From positions 3,342-67,341 of the forward strand of contig JAGXSC010000008.1 of NCBI GenBank assembly GCA_018334075.1: DNA of 64,000 nt. The letters are read 5' to 3'. Origin of the DNA: Actinomycetota bacterium (GTDB taxonomy: Bacteria > Actinomycetota > Coriobacteriia > Anaerosomatales > UBA912). Every line of letters starts with the position of its first letter. Position 1 is the first letter of the stretch. The notes below the pieces were generated by a model. That model had not been told where the DNA came from. It ran no database searches and saw nothing but the letters and a program-made list of their open reading frames with translations. Below, one piece after another: positions 9,127 through 19,388 of this stretch. Made by a program: the position numbers and the translations under genes.

Positions 9127-10164
9127 ATGCGAAATACAATTTATAAGAAGATGATGCTCGTCTCCTTGACCGTCATTGCGCTTGCGATGACGGGCTGTTT
9201 TGGGCAGCAACAAGCGGAAGTGACATCGCCTTGGCCAGTGGCAGAGGCGGAACGCACAATAGACAAGCCCCCGCCACCGCCGATATGGCCGTTGACCGGG
9301 TTGGGCGCGCCGGACTCGGAGGTCGTAGTAAATCGGCGGGTAGTCTCGGTGAAGATCGACAACGCTCCCGTCGCCAGGCCACAGTCAGGGCTGCAATCGG
9401 CTGATGTTGTTTATGAGTCCATTACCGAAGGCGGGATCACGCGCTTCAACTGCTTGTTTCACTCTGAGGTTCCATCGACGGTCGGTCCGGTAAGAAGTGC
9501 GCGGCTTTCCGACATCAAGATGGTTCCGCAATACCAGCCGCTCTTTGTGTTTTCGGGTGCAAGTGGCAGGGTCAATGCCGCGGTAAGGTCAGCGGGCTTG
9601 CAGAACCTCTCGCAGGACGCCGGCGTGAGCAGGGGATACTCCCGATCCAGAGCGCGAAGGGCGCCGCACAACTTGTATGTGGACTTGATTAAGATTCGCG
9701 AGGAGGGAGTCAACAGGGGCTATCCTGCGCAACAGGAGCTAAAAAGGCTCGCCTTCGATGGGAGCTCTCCTACAACCGGCGCCCCTGCTGCGGCGATCAG
9801 CATTCCTTTCTCTCGGGCGAACCGGGTCGACTGGACTTACGATGCAAGCCGTGCGGTTTATCTGAGATCCAACAACGGGGCTGTTCATCTCGACGCCTTG
9901 ACGGGAGAGCAGTTGAGTGCTCGAAATGTTGTCGTAATGTGGGCGCAGGTTGTCCCCGCAACGGCCGGGACTTATGACATTCAGCTTGTTGGAAGCAACA
10001 GGGTAAGTGTTTTCAGAGATGGCATCAGGATCGATGGGACGTGGCAAGCCAGTGCTGATCAGCCCCCATCTTTTGTCGCTGCCGATGGCTCGGCGATAAG
10101 GCTGGCCCCAGGCAACACGTGGTTTCAGGTGATAGGAACCGATGTCAATATCGTGATTCGATAA
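9127..10164 (+). CDS. DUF3048 domain lipoprotein
   Basis: Signal/lipobox LAMTGC, then VVSVKIDNAPVARPQSGLQSADVVYESITEGGITRFNCLFHS, typical of DUF3048. GGAGG before ATG 9127. Confidence 0.75.
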   Translation: MRNTIYKKMMLVSLTVIALAMTGCFGQQQAEVTSPWPVAEAERTIDKPPPPPIWPLTGLGAPDSEVVVNRRVVSVKIDNAPVARPQSGLQSADVVYESITEGGITRFNCLFHSEVPSTVGPVRSARLSDIKMVPQYQPLFVFSGASGRVNAAVRSAGLQNLSQDAGVSRGYSRSRARRAPHNLYVDLIKIREEGVNRGYPAQQELKRLAFDGSSPTTGAPAAAISIPFSRANRVDWTYDASRAVYLRSNNGAVHLDALTGEQLSARNVVVMWAQVVPATAGTYDIQLVGSNRVSVFRDGIRIDGTWQASADQPPSFVAADGSAIRLAPGNTWFQVIGTDVNIVIR

Positions 10165-10282
10165 CTCTAGGCAAGAGTTGATCGGTGGCGCTTGTTGATA
10201 GATTCCCCCGCCGTTACAATGCTATGCCTGCACAGTCACCGAGTGGGCAGGTTTATTTAGCGCCGGAATCGAGAGGGTCAAG

Positions 10283-11176
10283 ATGGACAACAATGAATTG
10301 ACCGGTACGCTTCGTGTCAAGACGGGTCTTGCCGAGATGCTCAAGGGCGGCGTCATCATGGATGTCGTCAATGCCGAGCAAGCCAGAATCGCCGAAGACG
10401 CTGGAGCGGTTGCGGTAATGGCGCTCGAAAGGGTTCCCGCCGATATTCGTGCGGCCGGTGGTGTTGCGCGTATGGCCGATCCGACAATTGTCGAAGAGAT
10501 AGTTGCTACCGTTTCCATTCCGGTTATGGCCAAGTGCCGCATCGGCCACTTCGTTGAGGCTCAGGTGCTTCAGTCGCTGGGAGTGGACTTCATCGATGAG
10601 TCCGAGGTGCTGACTCCCGCTGATGACAGATACCATGTGGACAAGCAAGCTTTCACTGTGCCGTTTGTTTGCGGCGCGAAGGATCTTGGAGAGGCATTGC
10701 GCCGTATCTCCGAGGGTGCGGCCATGATCCGGACAAAAGGGGAGCCCGGAACCGGCAACATAATCGAGGCGGTTCGGCATATGAGAACGATGACCGACGG
10801 GATCGCATACCTGATGGGCCTGCGCAAGGAGCAGCTCTACGATGCCGCCAAACAGCTCGGCGCATCGGTTGATCTGGTACGTTGGGTCGCCGAGCACAAA
10901 AAACTCCCCGTGGTCAACTTCTCGGCGGGTGGTATCGCGACCCCGGCTGACGCCGCCCTGATGATGCAACTGGGCTGTGACGGAGTCTTTGTCGGCAGCG
11001 GGATTTTCAAGAGCGGAGATCCCTCCAAGCGGGCAAAGGCCATAGTCGAGGCCACTACACACTTTGAAGACGCCGATCTCATCGCCAGGGTTTCAAGAGA
11101 CCTGGGAGAGGCCATGGTCGGCATCAATATCTCCGATATTCCTGAAGCCGAGAGAATGCAAGAGCGTGGCTGGTAG
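10283..11176 (+). CDS. pdxS: Pyridoxal 5'-phosphate synthase lyase subunit PdxS
   Basis: Near-complete match to the PdxS pattern ([21 protein letters not shown]...[12 protein letters not shown]...GEPGTGN...[19 protein letters not shown]). Confidence 0.95.
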   Translation: MDNNELTGTLRVKTGLAEMLKGGVIMDVVNAEQARIAEDAGAVAVMALERVPADIRAAGGVARMADPTIVEEIVATVSIPVMAKCRIGHFVEAQVLQSLGVDFIDESEVLTPADDRYHVDKQAFTVPFVCGAKDLGEALRRISEGAAMIRTKGEPGTGNIIEAVRHMRTMTDGIAYLMGLRKEQLYDAAKQLGASVDLVRWVAEHKKLPVVNFSAGGIATPADAALMMQLGCDGVFVGSGIFKSGDPSKRAKAIVEATTHFEDADLIARVSRDLGEAMVGINISDIPEAERMQERGW

Positions 11177-11753
11177 ACCTCGCGTAGGAGTACTTGCCCT
11201 GCAAGGAGCGTTCAGAGAGCATATAACGATGCTGGAGGCACTGGGCGCCGAGGCCACTCCCATCCGGCTTCCCGATCAGCTTGTCGGTCTTGCGGGTCTT
11301 GTCATCCCCGGTGGCGAGTCCACGGCGATTTCCAAGTTGATGGATTCATATGGGTTTTTCGAGGCGACAGTGCAGCACCATCTTGGCGAAATCGCTATTT
11401 GGGGTACGTGCGCCGGTACCATATTGGTTGCCAGGGATGTTCTTGATGCCACAGAAGGCCAGCGCACTTTGGGCCTTATGGATGTCTCGGTAAGGCGTAA
11501 CGCCTTCGGTCGTCAAGTGGACTCGTTCGAGGCCGATCTGCACATCCGCGCCGGTATCGGAAGATATCGCGGAGTTTTTATTCGGGCTCCCTGGATTGAA
11601 AGCGTCGGAAAGGGCGTGGAGATTCTCGCCGAGCACTCCGGGCATATAGTAGCTGCAAGGCAAGGCAGAATGCTTGCGACAGTCTTTCATCCGGAGCTCA
11701 CTGGTGATACCAGGGTGCACAGGTATTTCCTTGAGCAAGTGGTCGGGAGCTGA
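11166..11753 (+). CDS. pdxT: Pyridoxal 5'-phosphate synthase glutaminase subunit PdxT
   Basis: [13 protein letters not shown]..., catalytic GTCAG and FHPE motifs. Start set at GTG 11166, overlapping the end of pdxS. Confidence 0.9.
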   Translation: MAGRPRVGVLALQGAFREHITMLEALGAEATPIRLPDQLVGLAGLVIPGGESTAISKLMDSYGFFEATVQHHLGEIAIWGTCAGTILVARDVLDATEGQRTLGLMDVSVRRNAFGRQVDSFEADLHIRAGIGRYRGVFIRAPWIESVGKGVEILAEHSGHIVAARQGRMLATVFHPELTGDTRVHRYFLEQVVGS

Positions 11754-11759
11754 CGGGGA

Positions 11760-12509
11760 GTGGCCGGTCACTCAAAGTGGGCGACTACCAAGCACAGGAA
11801 GGCCGCCCAGGACAAAAAACGAGCCGCGCTCTTTAGTAAGCTGGCTCGAAATATTTATGTGGCGGCAAAAAGCGGCGGTGATCCTAGTCCGGAGAACAAC
11901 GCATCTCTTGCTGCCGCAATAGCCAAGGCCAAGAGCTACTCGCTTCCCAAAGACAAGATCGAATCCGCCATCGCGAAGGCATTTAGCTCTTCGGAAGGCG
12001 TTGACTTCGAGGAGGTCATCTACGAGGGGTATGGCCCGGCGGGCGTGCCGATCTACGTCGAGGCGCTTACAGACAATAGAAATCGCACGGCCGCAGATAT
12101 TCGCAGGATCTTTTCGCGCTCCGGGGGAAACCTTGGCTCGAGCGGGTCGGTTGCGTTTCAGTTCGATCGGAAGGGTCAAATAGCTGTCGACCAGACGGGT
12201 TTTACCGAGGACGACATGCTCTTGCTGGTGGCCGAAGCTGGTGGACAAGATTTGATGCCGGGAGAGGATCAGTGGCTGGTCATGACCGAGGCTGTCGATC
12301 TTGCCCCCGTTAAGCGGTCGCTGGAGGAGCAGGGCGTTGCCGTTATCGGCGCCGAGCTGGTCATGGAGCCGGTAACTGAGGTCGCTCTCGATATCGCTGA
12401 TGTAATCAAAGTATTGCGACTGGTAGACGCCTTGGAAGAGCTGGACGATGTACAAAACGTATTTCATGCCATGGAGCTGACAGACGAGATCGCCGCAGCG
12501 CTTGAGTGA
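11760..12509 (+). CDS. yebC: YebC/PmpR family DNA-binding transcriptional regulator
   Basis: MAGHSKWATTKHRKAAQDKKRA...YEGYGPAGV...TDNRNRT, canonical for YebC. Confidence 0.9.
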   Translation: MAGHSKWATTKHRKAAQDKKRAALFSKLARNIYVAAKSGGDPSPENNASLAAAIAKAKSYSLPKDKIESAIAKAFSSSEGVDFEEVIYEGYGPAGVPIYVEALTDNRNRTAADIRRIFSRSGGNLGSSGSVAFQFDRKGQIAVDQTGFTEDDMLLLVAEAGGQDLMPGEDQWLVMTEAVDLAPVKRSLEEQGVAVIGAELVMEPVTEVALDIADVIKVLRLVDALEELDDVQNVFHAMELTDEIAAALE

Positions 12510-12578
12510 ATCGGCGGTAGCGCCCGGCGATCTTCAGTGATACCCTGAACGTATGTTCGATTTTCGAAGGGTCATAAC

Positions 12579-13082
12579 ATGCGATCGGTGATCGTGGGCA
12601 TAGATCCTGGATTGGCCAACACCGGCTGGGGTGTAGTAGAGGTCCGGGGTTCTCGGCTACGTTGCCTGGCATACGGATGCGTAACCACCGACAGCCAAAC
12701 TCCGCTTGCAGAGCGACTCACCGCAATACATGAGGAGCTTTTAGCCGTGGTGAGCCGTTACTCTCCGAGTGAAGCAGCGGTTGAAAACGTGTATTTCGGC
12801 GCCAACGCCAAGTCAGCGTTTGCGACAGGGCAGGCCAGGGGTGTTGCGATTCTTGCGCTTGCCAATGCGGGAGGGCTCCTCGGCGAATACAGTCCTGCTC
12901 AGATCAAGCACGCGGTAGTTGGCGAAGGAGCCGCCGATAAGTGCCAGGTGGCATATATGGTCAAGGAGATTTTGGGGCTTGACGCCGTGCCTCATCCGGA
13001 CCACGCCGCCGACGCGCTTGCTGTTGCAATCTGCCATTCGAGTGCCTGCAGGTCGCTGGCGTATGGGCAGGTGGCGATTTGA
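12579..13082 (+). CDS. ruvC: Crossover junction endodeoxyribonuclease RuvC
   Basis: VIVGIDPGLANTGWGVV..., AVENVYF, and HPDHAADALAVAICH at the C-terminus. Confidence 0.9.
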   Translation: MRSVIVGIDPGLANTGWGVVEVRGSRLRCLAYGCVTTDSQTPLAERLTAIHEELLAVVSRYSPSEAAVENVYFGANAKSAFATGQARGVAILALANAGGLLGEYSPAQIKHAVVGEGAADKCQVAYMVKEILGLDAVPHPDHAADALAVAICHSSACRSLAYGQVAI

Positions 13083-13675
13083 TAGCCTTTCTTGTAGGGC
13101 GGATTATTGAGAAGTCCTCGGTGCATGTGGTGTTGGACGTTGGCGGGGTCGGGTATCGATTGATGATGCCGACTACGTCTATTGAGGCTATGTCGCCGCT
13201 CGACCACGAGGCGCGTCTTCACACATACCTTCACTTGCGGGCCGAAGAGATCAGTCTTTTTGGTTTTGTTAGCGCTCAGGAAAAGATGTTGTTTGAGAAG
13301 CTCATAGGGGTAAGTGGCGTTGGGCCCAAGGTTGCCCTGTCGGTGCTGTCGTCGTTTAGCTTCGACATGTTGGTCGGAGCCATTATGGACGGTGATGTAG
13401 GGCTTATTGCCACAACACCTGGTGTCGGCAAGAAGACCGCTCAGCGAATCATCATCGACCTGAAGGATTCGCTTGAAGCCCTGGGCTTTCATGCCACCTC
13501 CTCCGCGCTATCGGCAAGCGCGGGCAGTGCGGCCGCCGAGGTTCGCGAGGCGCTTTGCGCGATGGGCTTTACGCCCTCCGAGTCCACAGCGGCCATGAGG
13601 CCGTTTTCGGGGGATACCGGCGACTCTAAGGCTTGGGTGCAAGACGCCCTACGAAGATTGGGTGGGGGAGTTTAG
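13079..13675 (+). CDS. ruvA: Holliday junction branch migration complex subunit RuvA
   Basis: MIAFLVGRI...GVGYRL...FGF...LIGVSGVGPKVAL...PGVGKKTAQRI (HhH pairs). TTG start overlaps the ruvC stop. Confidence 0.9.
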   Translation: MIAFLVGRIIEKSSVHVVLDVGGVGYRLMMPTTSIEAMSPLDHEARLHTYLHLRAEEISLFGFVSAQEKMLFEKLIGVSGVGPKVALSVLSSFSFDMLVGAIMDGDVGLIATTPGVGKKTAQRIIIDLKDSLEALGFHATSSALSASAGSAAAEVREALCAMGFTPSESTAAMRPFSGDTGDSKAWVQDALRRLGGGV

Positions 13676-14746
13676 ATGGGCACCGTCTGGGAAGCCAGTG
13701 ATGCGGATCAACCGTCTTCGGACAACCCGGAGAGGTTGGTCTCGGCAGTTCTGACAAGCGATGATGTCGAGGCCGAAGTCGACCTGAGACCTAAAACCCT
13801 CGGGGAGTGCATGGGTCAAGCTCGGGTCAAAGATAACCTCGGCGTGTTGATAGAAGCAGCGATGGTCCGTGACGACCCGCTCGATCACCTTCTGCTCTCT
13901 GGACCTCCGGGACTCGGGAAGACTACGCTTGCCTCGGTAATCGCCAATGAGCTTGGCGTCAGACTTCGAGCGACCAGTGGCCCTGCCATCCAGAGGGCAG
14001 GCGATCTGGCTGCGATACTTACGAACCTTGAGGAAAGAGACGTTCTCTTCATCGATGAGATACATCGCCTGAGTCGGCCGGTCGAAGAGGTCCTCTACCT
14101 GGCGATGGAAGACTTCGTGATCGATATCGTGATCGGGAAGGGCCCTGCTGCAAGGAGTCTGAGGCTCGACGTACCGCGATTCACCCTTATTGGCGCGACA
14201 ACCCGCGCTGGTCTGTTGACAACCCCCCTGCGCGACCGTTTTGGCGCGGCGTTTCGCCTGAACTACTACTCCGCCGAGGAGCTCGAGTCGATAATCCGGC
14301 GGTCAGCGGAGATACTCGGCATCTCGATAGATAGCGGAGGTACTGCCGAGATCGCGAGACGTTCGCGTGGAACTCCTCGGCTGGCCAATCGACTGCTCAA
14401 GAGGGTTCGGGATTACGCGCAGGTAAGACGTGATGGAGTTGCGAATGAGGACGTGGCAGCCGAGGCGTTGGCGTTTTTTGAGGTGGATCACCTCGGGCTT
14501 GATCGCATGGACGTTACGATCCTTGAGACCTTGATTCATCGTTTTGACGGCCGTCCGGTGGGGCTAAATACGCTTTCTGCTGCCATTGGCGAGGAGGCGG
14601 ACACGGTGGAAGATGTTTACGAGCCGTTCCTGATTCAGCTCGGCTTTCTCATGCGAACGCAGAGAGGTAGGCAGGCTACCTCTCGAGCGTATGAGCATCT
14701 CGGAGTTAGCCCGCCCGAGAAGAGCGGACAGCCCGAGCTGTTTTAG
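13676..14746 (+). CDS. ruvB: Holliday junction DNA helicase RuvB
   Basis: LRPKTL.E..GQ, Walker [20 protein letters not shown], and the RGTPR(L)ANRLL arginine finger region. Confidence 0.95.
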   Translation: MGTVWEASDADQPSSDNPERLVSAVLTSDDVEAEVDLRPKTLGECMGQARVKDNLGVLIEAAMVRDDPLDHLLLSGPPGLGKTTLASVIANELGVRLRATSGPAIQRAGDLAAILTNLEERDVLFIDEIHRLSRPVEEVLYLAMEDFVIDIVIGKGPAARSLRLDVPRFTLIGATTRAGLLTTPLRDRFGAAFRLNYYSAEELESIIRRSAEILGISIDSGGTAEIARRSRGTPRLANRLLKRVRDYAQVRRDGVANEDVAAEALAFFEVDHLGLDRMDVTILETLIHRFDGRPVGLNTLSAAIGEEADTVEDVYEPFLIQLGFLMRTQRGRQATSRAYEHLGVSPPEKSGQPELF

Positions 14747-14761
14747 TCCGGGCAGGCGGTG

Positions 14762-15010
14762 TCACACACGGCTTTCGGTTTTTGCCACCATTGCCATCGC
14801 CTTGTTGCGGGTGTGCAGGAGCATATAGTGATATAGCCAGCGCGCCAGCTTGTCGGGGTGCTTGCCGATCAGCCCGAATCGGATCAGCGTGCAGCTCGAA
14901 AGCGGGAAAGCCGGGTCGGCATATGTTTCATTCCAGTAGACGCAACTTTCCCGATCGCACTCGGGCGTCGACCGCATCATCGTTTTTAGATCGCAGCGCA
15001 TTTTGCTCAC
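14762..15010 (-). CDS. Small Cys-containing hypothetical protein (82 aa)
   Basis: ORF directly downstream of, and co-oriented with, the superoxide reductase gene. 4 Cys (C6, C18, C23, C40). No family recognised. Confidence 0.45.
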   Translation of the reverse strand: MSKMRCDLKTMMRSTPECDRESCVYWNETYADPAFPLSSCTLIRFGLIGKHPDKLARWLYHYMLLHTRNKAMAMVAKTESRV

Positions 15011-15086
15011 CGTTTCTGGACTCCTTCAACAATGATATCGGCCCAACGGTGATTCGGTTTTTAGGGGTATCTGACAGGCGGTTATA

Positions 15087-15434
15087 TTAAATGGTTAAAT
15101 CTGCGGCCCACAGCCCATGGAGATTACAGTACTCGATTGCGCGAATTGAAGTGCCGGCACTCAGTCGCGCGGAAACAGATACCTGCGGCTCGGTGGCAAC
15201 CGGAGAGAGGTCGAACCTGGCTATAGTGTTGCCGTCGGCCTGAACCTCGATCCACTGGATGAAGTGGTCTGGCTGGTTTGGGTGTGGAACATAGTGGCCC
15301 ACACTTACCGATATCTTTACCAGATCACCCTCGGCCTGTACTGAAACAAATGGTGTGTGCTTCTTTTCAAAGTCACTGGCGGAGTCAATGTCGGCGATTT
15401 GATTCATTGGTGACAGGATAGGTGCGTCGTTCAT
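15087..15434 (-). CDS. Superoxide reductase (neelaredoxin / desulfoferrodoxin centre-II type)
   Basis: KKHTPFV, GHYVPHPNQPDHFIQWIE and C-terminal EYCNLHGLW supply the His4-Cys iron ligand pattern of 1Fe-SOR. Confidence 0.75.
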   Translation of the reverse strand: MNDAPILSPMNQIADIDSASDFEKKHTPFVSVQAEGDLVKISVSVGHYVPHPNQPDHFIQWIEVQADGNTIARFDLSPVATEPQVSVSARLSAGTSIRAIEYCNLHGLWAADLTI

Positions 15435-15544
15435 GTGTAATTCCTTTCTCCAAGAGGTGCGGCTGAATGATCGTTCTACAAATCCGTTATACCCAAACCC
15501 GTGGATTATCGTAGAATCTCATAACCATCACGCATCGGATAGGA

Positions 15545-16135
15545 ATGAAAATGTCTGCTCCGCAAGAGACACTGATCGATCGCTCGGATATGGTGCTGGT
15601 TCTTATCGACTTCCAGGAACGCCTTGTCGCCGCTGTGCCAGAAAGCGAATCGGCTCTTGACGCAGCCTCGCGCTTGCTCAGAGGCGCTGTTTTGGTCGGT
15701 GCGCCAGTGCTGGTAACAAGGCAGTACCCGCGAGGGCTTGGACCGACAGAGCCTCGCCTTGAGGAGCTGTTGATCGATCTTGCCGATGATGGCGCACGCG
15801 TGACAGGAGTCGACAAGACAGACTTTTGCTGTATGTCGGAGGCGACTTTCGTTGAGGCACTGGAGAGCACTGGACGTCGCCAGGTGGTGATGGCAGGTCT
15901 CGAGACCCACATATGCGTCACGCAAACCGCGCTCGCGATGGCTGGCCGCGGCTATCAGGTTCAGGTAGTCGCAGACGCTTGTTCTTCAAGAGACAGCCAG
16001 GCGCACAAGATTGCGCTGGACCGGCTTCGCGCGACTAATGTAATCGTGACACACTCGGAATCCGTTCTTTATGAGGCCGTCGGCAAGGCCGACACCAACG
16101 AATTCAAGTCATTACTCGCCATCATCAAGGGTTAA
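15545..16135 (+). CDS. Isochorismatase-family cysteine hydrolase
   Basis: LVLIDFQ, the catalytic-Cys region GLETHICVTQTAL, and a size of 196 aa. Confidence 0.8.
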   Translation: MKMSAPQETLIDRSDMVLVLIDFQERLVAAVPESESALDAASRLLRGAVLVGAPVLVTRQYPRGLGPTEPRLEELLIDLADDGARVTGVDKTDFCCMSEATFVEALESTGRRQVVMAGLETHICVTQTALAMAGRGYQVQVVADACSSRDSQAHKIALDRLRATNVIVTHSESVLYEAVGKADTNEFKSLLAIIKG

Positions 16136-16183
16136 CGGGGCCAGCAGCCTGTTCGTTTTCCGCTCGAGAGAGGAACTTACTGA

Positions 16184-17041
16184 ATGCCGATTGTTATCGA
16201 TGGTAATCAAATAGCCGCAGAGCTTCGAGAGCGCGTGGCCGCGGATGTAAGTACCTTGGCTTCCATATCTTTGACACCGGGGCTTGCGGTTATTCTGGTG
16301 GGAGATGATCCGGCTTCGCACTCGTACGTAACCATGAAGGAGCGGGATTGCGATCAGGTAGGCATCAGAAGCTACGACCTGCGACGCCCAGCCGGGATTT
16401 CCCAGCACGAGCTTGAAGCGATTATCGATGAGTGTAATCAGAACCCCGATATTCACGGCATCTTGTTGCAGATGCCTTTGCCACCCCACCTTGACTCCGA
16501 GGCGGCGATAGCGCGAATCGATCCGGCCAAAGACGTTGACGGCTTCCATCCATTCAACCTGGGTCAGCTTCTCCGAGGAGGGCGCACTTATCGCCCTTGT
16601 ACGCCAAGCGGCGTGATGCATATGCTCGATTACCACGGCATAGCGCTGGAGGGCAAGCACGCCGTTGTCGTTGGGCGCTCCACAATCGTTGGCAAACCAA
16701 TGGCGATGATGCTACTGGAGCGAAATTCCACTGTCACAGTGTGTCATTCGCGCACAGTCGATCTTCCTTCGGTTTGCAGGTCAGCAGATATCCTCGTCGC
16801 TGCCGTCGGCCGTGCCAATATGATTACCGCCGAGTTCGTCAAGCCTGGTGCGGTGGTGATAGATGTCGGTATCAACCGCGTCGAGTCAGGGATGGTCGGA
16901 GATGTCGACTATGATTCGGTAGCGCAAATCGCATCGGCCATAACTCCGGTTCCGGGAGGAGTCGGTCCGATGACAAGGGCGATGTTACTTGTAAATACCG
17001 TAGAAGCCGCAAGCGCAACTATCCCTCCGACAGGTCCTTGA
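16184..17041 (+). CDS. folD: Bifunctional methylenetetrahydrofolate dehydrogenase/cyclohydrolase FolD
   Basis: [55 protein letters not shown]. Confidence 0.95.
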   Translation: MPIVIDGNQIAAELRERVAADVSTLASISLTPGLAVILVGDDPASHSYVTMKERDCDQVGIRSYDLRRPAGISQHELEAIIDECNQNPDIHGILLQMPLPPHLDSEAAIARIDPAKDVDGFHPFNLGQLLRGGRTYRPCTPSGVMHMLDYHGIALEGKHAVVVGRSTIVGKPMAMMLLERNSTVTVCHSRTVDLPSVCRSADILVAAVGRANMITAEFVKPGAVVIDVGINRVESGMVGDVDYDSVAQIASAITPVPGGVGPMTRAMLLVNTVEAASATIPPTGP

Positions 17042-17059
17042 TTAGAAGAGAGAGCCACT

Positions 17060-17833
17060 ATGCTAACGAGTCAATATGAGGGTCACAGGCGTCATTCGGG
17101 TGCGTTCAGTCGTTTTTTTGTGTTGGCAGTCGCCATTATCATGCTCGCGGCGGTTGCCTTGTTCCCGCATAAAGCGGCAGCGCAGCCTATTTCTCTGGCC
17201 GATCTCACTCTTGAAGTCCAGCTGATGCCTGAAGTTCAACCGGGAACCAACGGACTTGTCGTTGGCGTGAGGCTGCCCGCCGGCACCGCCCTGCCCGTCA
17301 CAGTGCGGCTCCCTTTGCCCGAGGGCGCGAATGTGTTTTGGGCAGGAGAGATAACCGGAGGCCCGATGGAGCAGGACATCCAAAGGGAGTTCACCATTGT
17401 TGAGGGAGTCGGCGGCCAGGCGGTGGAGTTTACCGCCGAGACTACAACCACGGTACAGTATGACGCCATGTATGGAAGCGTGGGCATCGCTGGAAACGAG
17501 GCGAGAACGACCTTGGCCTGGCGCCAGACCGTGGACACCGGGGCGATTTCTATTGGAATCAGGCTGCCTCCAGGCACTGAGCTCGTTGAGCCAGATCCTC
17601 CTGCGCCTCCTGTCATGAACGCCGCTGGTGAGAGCCTCTATTCGTTGAGGCCTTTTGGTTTGGAGCCAGGCGCGGAAACTTCGATAGCGGTTACTTATCG
17701 CGCGGCCGCTGGCGCGGGTGCCGGCGCAGCGCAGTCACCCGTAAGGTACCTGATCTTCATGGGTCTGGGCATCGCTATCGTAGGACTGGTTTTGGCTGTT
17801 CTCGGACAACGCAAGCGCCAGATGAGCACCTGA
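17060..17833 (+). CDS. Hypothetical secreted protein with a C-terminal membrane anchor
   Basis: N-terminal signal-like helix ending AAAQP, a Pro/Thr/Gly-rich ectodomain, an AAGAGAGAA linker and a C-terminal TM helix followed by QRKRQ. No family recognised. Confidence 0.55.
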   Translation: MLTSQYEGHRRHSGAFSRFFVLAVAIIMLAAVALFPHKAAAQPISLADLTLEVQLMPEVQPGTNGLVVGVRLPAGTALPVTVRLPLPEGANVFWAGEITGGPMEQDIQREFTIVEGVGGQAVEFTAETTTTVQYDAMYGSVGIAGNEARTTLAWRQTVDTGAISIGIRLPPGTELVEPDPPAPPVMNAAGESLYSLRPFGLEPGAETSIAVTYRAAAGAGAGAAQSPVRYLIFMGLGIAIVGLVLAVLGQRKRQMST

Positions 17834-17863
17834 GCGAGCACCTCATGGTTGTAAGGGCATAAG

Positions 17864-18514
17864 GTGTTCGAGGTCTTTCTCGTGACAGTGGCGTTTGTGG
17901 CGTTAGCCGAGCTCGGCGATAAAACTCAACTGCTGACGATGGTTCTGGCGGCGAAGGCAAGTCGAATATCCGTGATCCTTGGTGTTGTCGGCGCCATCCT
18001 GGCCTTGCAGACACTCGCTGTAGCCCTTGGCGCCACTGTCGGCTCTCTAATACCCGGAAATATTGCCGGTCTGATATCAGGCGTGCTGTTCCTGGGGTTC
18101 GGCGCATGGACTTTGCTGGCAAGCGGAAATCATGATGACCACGGAGCGGATAAGCAACTCGCGAAGGTGACAAAGTGGGGACCAGTCGTTGGAATTGCGC
18201 TAATATTTTTTCTGGCCGAGCTTGGCGATAAAACTCAACTGATGACTATCTCGATTGCCGCCAATCCAGCTGCGGCTATTGATGCTATGGCCGCTTTCGG
18301 ATTGCGAGCTACTCCGACAGCTCAAACCGGCGGACTCGTTACGCTATCGGTCTGGCTTGGCTCAACAGCGGGAATGCTACTCGTAAACGGCCTCGCGCTT
18401 TTGGCCGGGACACTGCTACGCGAAAGGCTGTCTGCGAAAGTAATATCCGTTGTTTCAGGAGTGGCGTTCATCGGGTTTGGGGTTGCGGTGTTAGTTACGA
18501 CACTTGTAGTGTGA
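17864..18514 (+). CDS. UPF0016 (GDT1/TMEM165) family cation transporter
   Basis: Two copies of the E-L-G-D-K-T-Q-L signature (AELGDKTQLLT and AELGDKTQLMT) in a 6-TM protein. Confidence 0.85.
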   Translation: MFEVFLVTVAFVALAELGDKTQLLTMVLAAKASRISVILGVVGAILALQTLAVALGATVGSLIPGNIAGLISGVLFLGFGAWTLLASGNHDDHGADKQLAKVTKWGPVVGIALIFFLAELGDKTQLMTISIAANPAAAIDAMAAFGLRATPTAQTGGLVTLSVWLGSTAGMLLVNGLALLAGTLLRERLSAKVISVVSGVAFIGFGVAVLVTTLVV

Positions 18515-18521
18515 GGCGGAA

Positions 18522-19082
18522 ATGAAGCTGCTGCTACATGCTTGCTGCGCACCGTGCTTGTTAGTACCCTATGATGCCTTTTCGAACGCGCACGAGGTCG
18601 AGGTGTTCTTCTTCAACCCGAACATCTCTCCCGCCGAGGAGCACAATCGGCGGCGGAGTGCTCTGTTCGAATATGCGAATGCACGGGATATTATTGTGCA
18701 TAAGGAGGCGTACGACCCTCAGATGTGGCTGGCTTCCGTGGTTCCGGGCGCTCGCGACCGCGAAGCCAGATGCGCCGATTGCTATCAGCTGCGGATGATG
18801 GCCACAGCGAGATTCGCTCAATCCTGTGGCTTTGACGGCATTGCATCCACACTGACGGTAAGTCCGTACCAGCAGCAGGATATGATCCGGTTGGCCGGTA
18901 GACGGGCAGCCGAGCAATCAGGGCTGGTCTACCTGGACGCTGATTTCAGGCAGTCGTTTCCCGATGCAGTCAGTAGATCACGTGAGCTTGGGATCTACCG
19001 CCAGAACTACTGCGGGTGCCTTCCAGGCATGAAAGAAGCGGAAGAAATCCGTGCCCACAAGCGTGAGACACGCCGCCGCTAG
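18522..19082 (+). CDS. queH: Epoxyqueuosine reductase QueH (DUF208)
   Basis: MKLLLHACCAPC N-terminus, C..CY..R motif, TLTVSPYQ, and YRQNYCGC at the C-terminus. Confidence 0.85.
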   Translation: MKLLLHACCAPCLLVPYDAFSNAHEVEVFFFNPNISPAEEHNRRRSALFEYANARDIIVHKEAYDPQMWLASVVPGARDREARCADCYQLRMMATARFAQSCGFDGIASTLTVSPYQQQDMIRLAGRRAAEQSGLVYLDADFRQSFPDAVSRSRELGIYRQNYCGCLPGMKEAEEIRAHKRETRRR

Positions 19083-19339
19083 ACCATCACGGTGGGAAAA
19101 GTTTATCGTTGTGCTCCCGCAGCCAACTTCCCTAGAAACTCGCGTCTGAATCCTTGATGCTGATGTTGAGCTCCTCGCGTCCCGCCGGTTGGATGGCTTG
19201 GAGGTCGCCGATTTGGTTGATACCGAAGGTGTGGTGCAGTGGCATTGGGGGGACTATGAGGCGGACTCGGACCCGCTGGACCTAGTGCGCGTTACTTAGT
19301 GCGGCGGTAGGGAGCACATCTCGCCTGCACGGGATTGGG

Positions 19340-19368
19340 CAAGGGCCCCGGCGGCGTCGGGGCCCTTG
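19340..19368. terminator. GC-rich hairpin between convergent queH and a membrane-protein gene
   Basis: CAAGGGCCCCG-gcggcgt-CGGGGCCCTTG, an 11-bp perfect stem. There is no clear U-tract on either strand. Confidence 0.5.
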
Positions 19369-19388
19369 TGCGGTTCTGGACGTTCCAG

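Noticed and set aside
10253-12467. Long antisense ORFs opposite pdxS (10253-11062) and yebC (11772-12467). Similar shadow ORFs lie opposite the mrp, nuo, acs and PP2C genes.
   Set aside because: The opposite strand encodes strongly recognisable conserved proteins. The shadow frames are Arg/Pro/Ser/Gly-rich, as expected for out-of-frame reading of GC-rich coding DNA.
19083-19330. A 47-codon open frame ending ...EVADLVDTEGVVQWHWGDYEADSDPLDLVRVT downstream of queH, considered as a gene fragment
   Set aside because: It has no start codon after the in-frame TGA, no SD and no recognisable family. It cannot be distinguished from chance.
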